Below are positions 9,468-19,534 of a DNA stretch of 64,000 nt, one piece after another (the stretch's first letter is position 1; each line of letters opens with the position of its first letter). The notes under the pieces were generated by a model. That model was not told the DNA's origin, ran no database searches, and saw only the letters and a list, made by a program, of their open reading frames with translations. The DNA comes from Erysipelotrichaceae bacterium. GTDB taxonomy: Bacteria; Bacillota_I; Bacilli_A; ML615J-28; CAG-313. A program made the translations under genes and the position numbers. The stretch spans positions 1,451 to 65,450 of the forward strand of contig SVBG01000007.1 of assembly GCA_015059015.1 (NCBI GenBank), written 5' to 3'.

Positions 9468-10189
9468 GCAATATCATTCCAAATCTTATCAAAATACTCT
9501 AAAAATAATGGGTTAGTTCTTTTTTCAAGTGGAGATATATCCCCAAAATTAATATCATATTCCTTTATTACTTTAGCAGGTCTTTTAGATAAAACAATTA
9601 TACGATCAGCAAGTGATATCGCTTCTGAAATATCGTGAGTTACTAAGATAGCAGTAAGTTTTTCATCTTTTATTGTTCTATAAACATCATTACTTACTTT
9701 AATTCTTGTTTGAGAATCAAGGGCAGAAAATGGTTCATCTAGCAATAAAATATTTGGATTTGTCATTAATGTTCTAATTAATGCAACTCGTTGCCTCATC
9801 CCTCCTGATAATTCTTTTGGAAGAGATGTTTTAAAGTCAACTAAATCATATTTTTCTAATAATTGCATTGCTTTAACTTTATCAGCATCTTTTATTTTAT
9901 CTTTTATTTCTAATCCGATAAACAAATTTTTATAAACAGTTCTCCAATCAAATAATAAATCATGTTGAAACATATAACCAATTTTACCATCTACATTAAT
10001 AATTCCTGAATCTACATCAATAAGTCCAGCAATTATATTTAAAATAGTTGATTTTCCTGTTCCGCTTGGTCCAACAATTGCAACAATTTCTCCTTCTTTT
10101 ACATCCAATGATAAATTATCAATTACATCAAGTACTTGTTTTTGACTATAATAAGACTTTGAAATATTTTTTAAAACTACTCTATTCAT
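9464..10189 (-). CDS. ABC transporter ATP-binding protein (SsuB/TauB-like)
   Basis: Walker A GPSGTGKST, signature LSGGMRQR, Walker B LLLDEP. Confidence 0.8.
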   Translation of the reverse strand: MNRVVLKNISKSYYSQKQVLDVIDNLSLDVKEGEIVAIVGPSGTGKSTILNIIAGLIDVDSGIINVDGKIGYMFQHDLLFDWRTVYKNLFIGLEIKDKIKDADKVKAMQLLEKYDLVDFKTSLPKELSGGMRQRVALIRTLMTNPNILLLDEPFSALDSQTRIKVSNDVYRTIKDEKLTAILVTHDISEAISLADRIIVLSKRPAKVIKEYDINFGDISPLEKRTNPLFLEYFDKIWNDIA

Positions 10190-10248
10190 CTAATTCCTTC
10201 TTTCATCGTCAATGTAATTATATGTTAAAATTATACAAGTTGACTGGG

Positions 10249-10281
10249 CAAAAAAAAAGCCTCTTAAAAAAATTTAAGAGA
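10249..10281 (-). terminator. Putative terminator after the P-type ATPase gene
   Basis: 8-bp stem ctcttaaa/tttaagag followed by T9 on the minus strand. The stem is weak and AT-rich. Confidence 0.4.
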
Positions 10282-12939
10282 CTAATATTCGTTTTCAGGT
10301 TCTATATATTGCTCTACACCATCAATAGCACCAATTTCTTCTTTTGTTTTGTTAATAGATCTAACAATTGCAATTTTATTAATAACTGAAATAATATAAC
10401 TACATATACTCATAATGATAAATGATAATGCAACAAGACATAAGGTTAATAAGATCGCAGTTAAATTAATCACTTCATTACCTTGTGCATCAGTGTATAT
10501 CATGAGAACATTTTGTAAATCAAATTGTTCATGAAGTGTATTCGTTAAGTTTAACCAACTAATATATGGTAGTTTAAATACTGCTTGTGATGTTAAAAAT
10601 AAACAACAAAATGCCATCGCAACAAATAATACAATTTTTTCCCAAGTAAATGGTTTACATGCAAGATATAGAATCATTAAACCAATAAATGTTGTAGTTA
10701 CAACAACAATAGTTTTAGTTAAATCTACACCAAATGCACATTTATAATTTAATAAATATGTAACAACAACACCAAAAATAATGGCTACAACACCAGGAAG
10801 AGATTTTTGTAATACATTCCATAAAAAATTACCACTTACACGTTTTTTATTAGGTTGAATAGTTAAGAAAACAGATGGTATACCTATAATAAATAGTTCA
10901 ATCATTAAAAGTTGTGTTGGATTTGTAAATGGAAACGATCCATCTCCTGAGAACTTTTTAAAGAATCCTGTAATTGTAAGAATTACTAAAGTTAAGATAA
11001 AGAATGTTTTAACCAAGAAAAGCATTGCCATTTGTTGAACATTATTGATAGCACGACGACCTTCTTCTACAACTTTAGGCATTGAAGAAAAACTTGAATC
11101 CAGAAGTACTAGTTGTGCAACACTTCTTACTGCATCACTACCAGATGCCATTGCGATAGAACAATCCGCTTCTTTTAAAGCTAAGATATCGTTAACACCA
11201 TCACCAGTCATCGCAACTGTTTTCTTATTTGCCTTTAATGCTTTGACAATAATTTGTTTTTGATTAGGCTTAACACGACCAAATACAGTGTATTTTGTTG
11301 CAGCATCATATACTTCATCATCAGTTAATCCATCTAGACTAATATAATTTTCTGCACTAGCAATACCTACTCTTTTTGCTACCTCTGATACAGTAACAGG
11401 ATTATCCCCAGAGATTACTTTAACTTCTACACCACTTTCTCTAAAATAACGAATTGTTTCACTCGCATCAGGTCTAATATGATCCTCTATAAGTATAAAA
11501 GCAATTGGTTTTGCTCCGCGTGATACTTTGCTATTCAATAAATCATGTTTTGTTACTGCTAAGCATAATACACGATAACCTTTATTAGCTTCAATGTTGA
11601 CCATTTCAGCATATTTTTCAAAGCCTGATCTTAATACAAATTCAGGAGCACCAATGATAAATGTTTCATCATTAAACATAGCTCCACTAAATTTGCGTTC
11701 TGATGAAAATGGAATAATTTTACTAGCAACATTACTAGCGTCAACTCCAAAATATTTTTCTAAAGCTTTTGCAGTAGAATTAGTTTCACATAATGCTGCA
11801 TTAATATTAGAAATTATTTGTTTAATATCATATTTACCATGTAATAAATCAATATAATTTACAACATTCATTGATCCATCAGTAATTGTACCAGTTTTAT
11901 CTAAACATAATACATCAACTCTTGCAAGCATCTCTACACAATAAATATCTTGAACCAAAGTTTGATGTTTTGAAAGTCTAATAACACCAAGAACTAAAGC
12001 TGCAGATGTCATCATAATCAGTCCTGATGGAATAAGTCCAAGTAGTGCTGTACAAGTTGTGCTTACCGTATCATACCAACTGATATTAGGATTAGAAAAT
12101 ATTTTTTTAGTAAATCCTAAATAAATTTTATCATATAAAAATTTACCAATACCACTTGTCGAATCAGAATATTCTTGGAAATTATAATTTTGTAAAATCA
12201 TTACAATACCACTAATAACTAAAAATACTGTAATTACTTTAATTAATCCTCTAACAGCAGTTAAAATTTGAGAATTAGGCTTTTTATACTGTTTAGCCTG
12301 TGCTGATAATTTTTCAATTGCGTTTTCTTCACCTACACGTTCAACTTTACAATGACATTTACCAGATACAATAAAACTACCTGAATATAGCATATCACCA
12401 ACTTGTTTTCTTATTGCGACACTCTCACCAGTAAGTTGTGATTCATTTACTTCTACTTCACCTTCTACTAAAATACTATCAGTAGTAATTTCATTACCAG
12501 GTGATAAAATTACAATATCATCCACTACAACTTCACTAACATCAACATCAATTGTTTCTTTATTTCTAATAACTTTTACAGTTGGTGTTGAAATTAGCTG
12601 TAATTTACTGATTGTAATCTTAGATTTAATTTCTTGAACTGTACCAATCATAATATTTACTAAAACAATAATTATGAAAGTGTAGTTTGTTATCTGAACT
12701 TTACCCGCATATTTTTGAGTAAAGAATAACAATAAGAAAATTACTAAATATATAAAATTAAATAAAGTACAGAAGTTTGAAATAATGATAGATACATACG
12801 ATTTACCATTTTTCTTAATAATTTTATTTGTAAGACCTTGTTCTTGTCTTAATAATACTTGTTCACTATTTAACCCCTCATTATAGGAAGGATTAAAGCG
12901 TTCTGGATTGATTTTTACTTGTTGTTTTTTCTTCGCCAT
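10282..12939 (-). CDS. Cation-translocating P-type ATPase (P2-type, Ca2+-ATPase-like)
   Basis: DKTGT phosphorylation motif (CLDKTGTITDG), TGES (LTGESVA) and GDGVND (MTGDGVNDILALKEAD). True start at ATG 12939 (MAKKKQQ) with a GGAGGA Shine-Dalgarno; the listed 964-aa ORF is an upstream over-extension. Confidence 0.85.
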   Translation of the reverse strand: MAKKKQQVKINPERFNPSYNEGLNSEQVLLRQEQGLTNKIIKKNGKSYVSIIISNFCTLFNFIYLVIFLLLFFTQKYAGKVQITNYTFIIIVLVNIMIGTVQEIKSKITISKLQLISTPTVKVIRNKETIDVDVSEVVVDDIVILSPGNEITTDSILVEGEVEVNESQLTGESVAIRKQVGDMLYSGSFIVSGKCHCKVERVGEENAIEKLSAQAKQYKKPNSQILTAVRGLIKVITVFLVISGIVMILQNYNFQEYSDSTSGIGKFLYDKIYLGFTKKIFSNPNISWYDTVSTTCTALLGLIPSGLIMMTSAALVLGVIRLSKHQTLVQDIYCVEMLARVDVLCLDKTGTITDGSMNVVNYIDLLHGKYDIKQIISNINAALCETNSTAKALEKYFGVDASNVASKIIPFSSERKFSGAMFNDETFIIGAPEFVLRSGFEKYAEMVNIEANKGYRVLCLAVTKHDLLNSKVSRGAKPIAFILIEDHIRPDASETIRYFRESGVEVKVISGDNPVTVSEVAKRVGIASAENYISLDGLTDDEVYDAATKYTVFGRVKPNQKQIIVKALKANKKTVAMTGDGVNDILALKEADCSIAMASGSDAVRSVAQLVLLDSSFSSMPKVVEEGRRAINNVQQMAMLFLVKTFFILTLVILTITGFFKKFSGDGSFPFTNPTQLLMIELFIIGIPSVFLTIQPNKKRVSGNFLWNVLQKSLPGVVAIIFGVVVTYLLNYKCAFGVDLTKTIVVVTTTFIGLMILYLACKPFTWEKIVLFVAMAFCCLFLTSQAVFKLPYISWLNLTNTLHEQFDLQNVLMIYTDAQGNEVINLTAILLTLCLVALSFIIMSICSYIISVINKIAIVRSINKTKEEIGAIDGVEQYIEPENEY

Positions 12940-13037
12940 ATGTCCTCCATTTAATATTTTTTTATCATATATTACTATATATATTTTAACATATTTCATT
13001 AAAATTATCAAGTAAAATAAGCATTTTTTCGTATGTC

Positions 13038-13066
13038 TTGCAATGACAAGAAAAATGTGATAAAAT
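13038..13066 (+). promoter_or_regulatory. Candidate sigma-A promoter for the amidotransferase / NUDIX pair
   Basis: TTGCAA, 17-nt spacer, TAAAAT. The leader would be very short, so this is tentative. Confidence 0.3.
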
Positions 13067-13086
13067 ACCTTCGAAAGAGGTGTAAA

Positions 13087-13758
13087 ATGAGTAAAAAAAT
13101 TATCGGAATTAGTCCAAGATTTTGGTCTAATGAAACACAAGAATACGTAAGAGTTGGCGTACAATATACTAATCAACTACAAAGAGATGACCTAATTCCA
13201 TTCATTATTGTTGATTCAGTTAACCTAGAAGATACTCTTAACCTATGTGATGGATTCTTAATTATTGGTGGTGATGATCTTAATCCTGAAACATATGGTG
13301 AATCAAATGAATTAGGACTTTCTAAAGATATTCACCCTATTGCAGATAAAGTAGATAAAGCTATTATTGACCACGCAATAAAAAATAAAAAACCAATATT
13401 AGGTATTTGTAGAGGTATTCAATCTATTTGTGCTTTTATGGGTGGAAAGTTAGTTCAAGATTTAAAATATGAACAAATTAGTCATCCACTTACTGAAGAT
13501 CATAAACATTATGTTGATAAGGTTAGTAATATTGGTGTTGCTAAACTTTTACCAGATCACTTTTTAATTAACTCTTGGCATCACCAAGCAGTAAAAATTG
13601 CTCCAGAAGGATTTGAAGTAATCTTTAAAAATGATGAAACTATTGAAGCAATTGAACATACAACGCTACCTATATTAGGTGTTCAATGGCATCCAGAACG
13701 ATTCTATACAAAAGAATCTGAAATTATTTTTAACTACTTCTTTGATTTAATCAAATGA
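13087..13758 (+). CDS. Class I glutamine amidotransferase-like hydrolase (peptidase C26 / gamma-glutamyl-GABA hydrolase PuuD-like)
   Basis: GICRGIQ nucleophile-elbow motif and a downstream His region. Start at ATG 13087 (MSKKIIGISPRF) with AAGAGG upstream; the listed start is an over-extension. Confidence 0.65.
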   Translation: MSKKIIGISPRFWSNETQEYVRVGVQYTNQLQRDDLIPFIIVDSVNLEDTLNLCDGFLIIGGDDLNPETYGESNELGLSKDIHPIADKVDKAIIDHAIKNKKPILGICRGIQSICAFMGGKLVQDLKYEQISHPLTEDHKHYVDKVSNIGVAKLLPDHFLINSWHHQAVKIAPEGFEVIFKNDETIEAIEHTTLPILGVQWHPERFYTKESEIIFNYFFDLIK

Positions 13759-14291
13759 GTGAAAAAATAATTAAAACTATTCCTATTTATAATGGCAAAA
13801 TATTAGATTTACAAAGAAATTTAGTAAGTCTTCCTAATGATGAACTCGCTTTTCGCGAAATTGTTAAGCATAAAGAAGGAGTTTGTATTATTCCCATAAT
13901 TAATAATGAAATCATTTTTGTATCACAATTTAGAAGTGGTGCACAAAAAGTTTTACTAGAACTTCCTGCTGGAATTGTTGATGAAAATGAGTCTCCACTT
14001 GATGCAGCACTACGAGAATTAAAAGAAGAAACAAAATATTCCTCAACAAATATTACCTACTTAGGAGGGTATTTTTCATCCCCTGGTTTTACAAACGAAC
14101 TTGTTCATTTGTATATTGCAGAAGACTTATATGAAAGTCCACTAGCAGAAGATAAAGATGAATTTATTGAATTGTTTAGATATAATATTAAACAAATTAA
14201 ACATCTTCTAACTTCAAACGCTATCGCAGATATGAAAACTGCATTGGGATTAATGATATTCTTAAACACCAAAAATGACCAATCAAATTAA
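13755..14291 (+). CDS. NUDIX hydrolase (ADP-ribose pyrophosphatase-like)
   Basis: Nudix box AALRELKEETKY. ATGA overlap with the upstream gene. Confidence 0.75.
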   Translation: MSEKIIKTIPIYNGKILDLQRNLVSLPNDELAFREIVKHKEGVCIIPIINNEIIFVSQFRSGAQKVLLELPAGIVDENESPLDAALRELKEETKYSSTNITYLGGYFSSPGFTNELVHLYIAEDLYESPLAEDKDEFIELFRYNIKQIKHLLTSNAIADMKTALGLMIFLNTKNDQSN

Positions 14292-14306
14292 ATTTGATTG
14301 GTTTTT

Positions 14307-14885
14307 TTATAATCCTAATATAGAATTTATACCCGTTTTTGTAGTAATAATACCAATGTTTAAAACAATTGAGCTAACTAAAGTAACATTAAGTAATTCA
14401 TTAATTTCAATATTATCCTCTTCATAATCACTTTCTTTTTTATCTTTTTTAGTATAGTCTTTAAATAATTTTTGATATAAATCAATAATAAAAAAAATTA
14501 AAAAAATATCTCTTACTAGAGCCCTAACAAGACCAATGTTATATAGTGTAGTTTGACCAGTAAGTCCCGCAATTACTTCATAAACAATTGTTATTATAAT
14601 GACAGAAGCAAAACGATATAGTTTTGGCGGTAATAATACTGATAATATACCATTAATTCCACCTGCTATAATTGATGCATAATAAAGTTGCCATGTACTT
14701 GTAACTCTAAATATTTCATTAAATTTTCTTTTTTCTAAAATATTAAAAATAATATTAGCAATATAAATCCCCGCAACAGCAACAATCATCCCTACAAGTG
14801 CAGAAATATATACTTTTTTAATTTTATTTTTCCTCTTCTTTATACATTGTAAACTGATGCTCGATACTTGATATGGATCAAACAA
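14307..14885 (-). CDS. Hypothetical integral membrane protein
   Basis: Several hydrophobic helices and an acidic C-terminal region. No recognised family. Confidence 0.35.
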   Translation of the reverse strand: MFDPYQVSSISLQCIKKRKNKIKKVYISALVGMIVAVAGIYIANIIFNILEKRKFNEIFRVTSTWQLYYASIIAGGINGILSVLLPPKLYRFASVIIITIVYEVIAGLTGQTTLYNIGLVRALVRDIFLIFFIIDLYQKLFKDYTKKDKKESDYEEDNIEINELLNVTLVSSIVLNIGIITTKTGINSILGL

Positions 14886-14928
14886 ATGACCACCTCTACA
14901 GTCATTTTATTAAAGAAATTTATAATTA

Positions 14929-15252
14929 TTACACTTTAATAAATTGTTCTAAATCAACAACAAAGATACTTGCTCCACCTTCTTTTTGAGTAGTTGATAT
15001 ATTATGAAACATTCCCATTTCTACGTTATTTATAGAATTGATTTTTACTTTTCTAGTCTTACAAATTGATGTAGTATTCTTAATTACTTCATCTAATAAT
15101 TCATCACTTACTTTTATTAAATAAGTATAACTACCATTAGAAATCACACCACCTATAGATGCAATTTTTATAAAGTAAACTGGTGTTTTTCTTAAATAAT
15201 TTGTTACTTTAATTGAATCATTTGGCGTGATATTTAAAACTATTAATTTCAT
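14929..15252 (-). CDS. darA: DarA/PstA (YaaQ, DUF970) PII-like cyclic-di-AMP receptor protein
   Basis: Near-collinear match to B. subtilis YaaQ from memory (MKLIV.., ..GG..SNG.., ..EGGASIFVVDLEQF at the C-terminus). 107 aa. Confidence 0.75.
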   Translation of the reverse strand: MKLIVLNITPNDSIKVTNYLRKTPVYFIKIASIGGVISNGSYTYLIKVSDELLDEVIKNTTSICKTRKVKINSINNVEMGMFHNISTTQKEGGASIFVVDLEQFIKV

Positions 15253-15285
15253 ATCCTTATCCCCTTTTAAAATTATGTTTTTTTA

Positions 15286-15314
15286 TTGTAAACGTTTTTA
15301 AAATATGTTAAAAT
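15286..15314 (+). promoter_or_regulatory. Sigma-A promoter for the WG-repeat lipoprotein / ABC exporter operon
   Basis: TTGTAA, 17-nt spacer, TGtTAAAAT. GAGGTGA Shine-Dalgarno 6 nt before ATG 15335. Confidence 0.45.
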
Positions 15315-15334
15315 ATCATAATGAGGTGAAATAT

Positions 15335-16993
15335 ATGGTGACTAAACAAAAAATAAAAAACGTTTTAAAAAAATCTTTTATTTGTTCATTATCAATGTTA
15401 ACTATCTTATCACTTTCTAACTGTTCAAAAGGTCCAGATAAGAACTATATTGATAATGCTATTGCGATTGTTTACCAAGATAAAAAACCATATCTTATCA
15501 ATGCAGAAAAACAAACTTATTCGCTAGACTATTATGATGAAGTTGTTAAAATATTTAATGAATATATTGCAGTAAAAAAAGATGGTAAATATGGTTTTAT
15601 TAATAGAACTGGAAAACTTATTATTGAACCTATCTACGACAAAGTATACCCTATGTACGAAGAAAAAGCTGTCGTAATCAAGGATGGTCAATATGAAATA
15701 ATTGACAATACAGGAAAATCTATCTATATTTTTCCTGATAATATTATTTCAGAAAGTTATTTTTCAGAAAACTTATTATTAATAAGTAAAGATGATAAAT
15801 ATGGTTTCTTAAAATATAACCCTGAAACAACAACATTTGAATGTTCAGAAATTATTTATGATTACGCAAAATCATTTAAAAATGGGTATGCAGTTGTTGG
15901 TATTTATGCAAAAGAAATAATATATAAAAAAGATGATGAAGGTAACATTACTGAAGAAATAGAAGAAATCAAATTATCAGAATCATTAAAATATAATTAC
16001 GTAAACAATAATTTTGAACTTCTTTTCGATGAGTTTACATTTGATTACGCAGATGATTTTTCTAATGGATATGCAATAGTAGGTAATTATGATGATATAT
16101 TTATACCAACAGTTGGTCAAATAAATGCCCATAATCCAGGTGTAAATGATGATGAATTTATAAAAGAAAACACAATAGTTTATAAATATATAACTGCAGA
16201 AAAAACTTCATTACATTTTGATCATGAATATGTGTTTAAATATTTTATTAATAATGGAACTAAAGAAATTACTGAAGAAAAGCATTACACTGATGAGGTA
16301 TATCTTCCTTTTGCAAAAAGTTTTACATCTGATATAACTTTTGTTGCAAAATATCGTTATTCTAAAATTCAAACTCCTTTAAAAGAGTATATGCTAGTTA
16401 GTACTTCTGGAAAAATGGATTATACTCTTGCAATTTATGACAAAACTAAATATAAATTTGGATATGATGCTGGTCATAAAAATGCAATAAACAATCAATG
16501 TCAATCACCAAGTTTATTTACAGTAGGTAATGTAGTAAAAATTAATGATACTTATGCATTTATAGCCGGTCAAACATTAAACTCTCCTTGTTGGAAAGTA
16601 TATTATCTTCAATATAGTTTCTATGAAGACGATTATATATTTAAAGAAGTAACATGGGATGTAATTAAAGAAGTTGTAAATGAAGATGGCACAGTTACTG
16701 AAATAGTACCTGAATGGGGTCTAAAATATAAAGCTGACTATTTAAAAAATACATCTTCAAATGGAACATTAAAAACTGCTATTGAAAATCCTTATGAAAT
16801 GACTGAATTAAGCATTTCTAAATACTATAGTTCTGATTGTCTTATAAATACAATTAGAATGAATAAATCTAATAAATATGGTCTTGTTAGATATGATACA
16901 GGAACTATTTATTATGAAAAATATGATGATTCTACGAACTTATTAACTGCATCATTTGTTCTAGATCCAATATATGATAAAATTATTTACTAG
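15335..16993 (+). CDS. WG (KWG) repeat-containing lipoprotein
   Basis: Repeated ...KYGFINRTGKLIIEPIYD... units typical of WG repeats. N-terminal leader ending LSNC. Start at ATG 15335. Confidence 0.6.
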   Translation: MVTKQKIKNVLKKSFICSLSMLTILSLSNCSKGPDKNYIDNAIAIVYQDKKPYLINAEKQTYSLDYYDEVVKIFNEYIAVKKDGKYGFINRTGKLIIEPIYDKVYPMYEEKAVVIKDGQYEIIDNTGKSIYIFPDNIISESYFSENLLLISKDDKYGFLKYNPETTTFECSEIIYDYAKSFKNGYAVVGIYAKEIIYKKDDEGNITEEIEEIKLSESLKYNYVNNNFELLFDEFTFDYADDFSNGYAIVGNYDDIFIPTVGQINAHNPGVNDDEFIKENTIVYKYITAEKTSLHFDHEYVFKYFINNGTKEITEEKHYTDEVYLPFAKSFTSDITFVAKYRYSKIQTPLKEYMLVSTSGKMDYTLAIYDKTKYKFGYDAGHKNAINNQCQSPSLFTVGNVVKINDTYAFIAGQTLNSPCWKVYYLQYSFYEDDYIFKEVTWDVIKEVVNEDGTVTEIVPEWGLKYKADYLKNTSSNGTLKTAIENPYEMTELSISKYYSSDCLINTIRMNKSNKYGLVRYDTGTIYYEKYDDSTNLLTASFVLDPIYDKIIY

Positions 16994-17001
16994 GTGATAA
17001 T

Positions 17002-19524
17002 ATGATTAAGTTAATAGATATAAATAAATATTATAATTCACAACAAGGTAAATTCCACGCTTTAAAAAATATTAACATCACATTTCCCGACCAAGGTATG
17101 GTTTACATCGTAGGAAAAAGTGGCAGTGGTAAATCAACATTACTTAATGTTATAGGTGGAATTGACAAATACGATAGTGGCGAATTAATTATCGAAAATA
17201 ATGTACTTGACGATAATAAAGTAGATTCATATACTGATGTTATTGATACTAATAAATTTACTCGTAGAGACTATAATAGTTATCGTAACACTTATATAGG
17301 ATTTATATTCCAAGAATTTAATGTAATAAAAGGATTAACTGTTTACCAAAATATAGCTTTATCACTAGAACTTCAAAAGAAATCTGTTAAAGAAAACCAC
17401 AAAAACATATTAAATATTATTGAAAAAGTTGGTCTAAAAGGTAAAGAAAAACGAAGAATTAATGAACTATCTGGTGGGGAAAGACAAAGAGTTGCAATAG
17501 CAAGAGCTCTTATCAAAGATCCAAAAGTTATAATTGCAGATGAACCTACTGGTAATTTAGATAGTAAAAATAGAGATATTGTTATGAATATCTTAAAAGA
17601 ATTGTCTAAAGAAAAACTTGTTATTATTGTAACACACGATAAACAACTATCAAAAATTTATGGTGATAGAGAAATTAAAATTAAAGATGGCGAAATTGTA
17701 AAAGATGAAATAATACATCCTGAAAACGTTAAAAACATTGTTCCAACTAAACATAAAATAAAACCCATTACTCCTAAAGCAACCGTTTCACTCGACCTTG
17801 CTTGGAAAGGTTTTAAACTCAATAAAATAAGATTTATTTTTATCATTATCCTCTTCTCAATTAGTTTAATCTTTGCAGGAAGTGTAATAAATTTATATTT
17901 AACAGATACCACAAAAGAATATGCAAAATTCCAACAGGAATATGGAAACAATGTTATTACAATTAGTGATAAATATAATTACCACGATAATATTTCTTCA
18001 TCGGGTTTCTTTACAAGAGATTATGATCAAACAGCAAAATTATTCACAACTGATGAAGAAAATTCAATGATAACTTATAAAAATATGAATATAAACATCC
18101 CTATTAATACAAATCTTACTGATAAGGAAAGTTTAAATCCCTTATTTTCTACATCAATTACTAACATTACAGTTTATGAGAATAACGAACACTTAGAAAG
18201 TGCTTTTACACTTCCTAAAGATTATAAATGGTCTGTTGTAGGAAGGAACGATTATAGTTGTTATATCACTGATTATTTAGCAGATAATTTAATTGCAACA
18301 AAATATTTTGGTGATGAAGTTCAAACTAGACTTGATTTAAAAGGTAAAGGTATTGTTGTAGATGGAATGTATAATAATATCTTAATAGCAGGTATTATAA
18401 CAACTAATTATGCAGATTTTATTCCTGAGGACTCTTCACAAAGTTTATCTGCATTAAGTCTAGCAGCATTTAAAGATAACTTAGCTATTTATAATTCTAT
18501 TTTTATTAGTGCAGATAAATATAGTAAAATATTCTCAACTACTAATTTAGAGTATTATTATGACGACATGATATACTATGATAATGAAGTTTCAAAAAAA
18601 TTTACAAATATGAAATATAGTGTTGTTACTAATGAAACTATATTTTATTCAGGAAATGCTCCTACGAAACCACAAAGAGGTGAAATTACACAAGTAGCTG
18701 TTTCAAAAGGATTTATTGAAAAAGTTTTAAATAAAGATCCAGATAGTATTAATTATTGTACATCATATGGTACAACCAAGATTACTTATTCTGACCCAAC
18801 ACTTCCTAATGCTGAACAATATCCATACAACTACTATATTTGTGGTGTAAACCACATTCCTACTCAAACAGAGTTTAATATTACTGGAATTGTTGATACT
18901 GATGAAATTGTAGTTTACGCGCCAGCATTAGATACACAAGCAACCTTATATAATAACTGGATTAATATGACTTTTATTGAAGGTGGTTTTTTAACAATAC
19001 TTATTAATGATAATGTTGAAGCAAATAGTTTAATATATAGAAATTTACTTGATAAAGGTATTAGTATTAATAACCCTTCATTTGTAAAATTACAACTTGT
19101 TGATGATTTTATTAATGATAATCTATTATTATTCGCTGCATTATTCTTTACATTCTGTCTATTTAGCACATTAATGATTTTTAACTTTATAATTATTAAT
19201 ATTAAGAATAGTACAAGAGATATTGGTATCTATATGTCTCTTGGTATGAACGGATTTAAAATATCCTTAATTTACCTATTCCAAGTATTACTAATAAGCA
19301 CAATTGCTATGATTATTGGTATTATAGGATCTACTGTATTATTAAAAGTTATTGATGGATCATTTAGTGAACAAATTATTGTAGACTTTAAGATTCTTCA
19401 TAACACAAACTTAGGTATTATTGGAATAGTTCTTCTTTCATACCTAACACCAATTATTGCTATTGCATCACCACTTTTTAGTTTAGCTAGAAAGAAACCA
19501 ATTGATGTAATAAAAGTTTCGTAA
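17002..19524 (+). CDS. MacB-like fused ABC ATPase and FtsX-family permease with a large extracytoplasmic domain
   Basis: N-terminal ATPase (GKSGSGKST, LSGGERQR, IIADEP). C-terminal FtsX-like TM bundle after a roughly 400-aa extracytoplasmic region. 840 aa. Confidence 0.75.
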   Translation: MIKLIDINKYYNSQQGKFHALKNINITFPDQGMVYIVGKSGSGKSTLLNVIGGIDKYDSGELIIENNVLDDNKVDSYTDVIDTNKFTRRDYNSYRNTYIGFIFQEFNVIKGLTVYQNIALSLELQKKSVKENHKNILNIIEKVGLKGKEKRRINELSGGERQRVAIARALIKDPKVIIADEPTGNLDSKNRDIVMNILKELSKEKLVIIVTHDKQLSKIYGDREIKIKDGEIVKDEIIHPENVKNIVPTKHKIKPITPKATVSLDLAWKGFKLNKIRFIFIIILFSISLIFAGSVINLYLTDTTKEYAKFQQEYGNNVITISDKYNYHDNISSSGFFTRDYDQTAKLFTTDEENSMITYKNMNINIPINTNLTDKESLNPLFSTSITNITVYENNEHLESAFTLPKDYKWSVVGRNDYSCYITDYLADNLIATKYFGDEVQTRLDLKGKGIVVDGMYNNILIAGIITTNYADFIPEDSSQSLSALSLAAFKDNLAIYNSIFISADKYSKIFSTTNLEYYYDDMIYYDNEVSKKFTNMKYSVVTNETIFYSGNAPTKPQRGEITQVAVSKGFIEKVLNKDPDSINYCTSYGTTKITYSDPTLPNAEQYPYNYYICGVNHIPTQTEFNITGIVDTDEIVVYAPALDTQATLYNNWINMTFIEGGFLTILINDNVEANSLIYRNLLDKGISINNPSFVKLQLVDDFINDNLLLFAALFFTFCLFSTLMIFNFIIINIKNSTRDIGIYMSLGMNGFKISLIYLFQVLLISTIAMIIGIIGSTVLLKVIDGSFSEQIIVDFKILHNTNLGIIGIVLLSYLTPIIAIASPLFSLARKKPIDVIKVS

Positions 19525-19534
19525 GGAGGCAAGC

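Noticed and set aside
10048-10389. 113-aa + strand ORF spanning the ABC-ATPase / P-type ATPase intergenic region
   Set aside because: It crosses a terminator hairpin and two real gene ends. Its translation is low-complexity. No ribosome-binding site.
12940-13176. N-terminal 79-codon extension of the P-type ATPase ORF, and the 18-codon extension of the amidotransferase ORF
   Set aside because: Both extensions cover the divergent promoter region. Internal ATGs with GGAGGA and AAGAGG Shine-Dalgarnos (12939 and 13087) give the canonical protein N-termini.
17658-19169. Minus-strand ORFs (97 and 84 aa) inside the MacB-like gene, plus similar small antisense ORFs at 11045..11857, 21659..21853, 35231..36038, 37854..38039, 39679..39894, 40354..40560, 43768..43950, 45303..46038, 51304..51486, 53109..53348, 59100..59303 and 60469..60675
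   Set aside because: All are embedded in, or antisense to, well-supported genes. They have biased, low-complexity translations and lack ribosome-binding sites, which is typical of AT-rich shadow frames.
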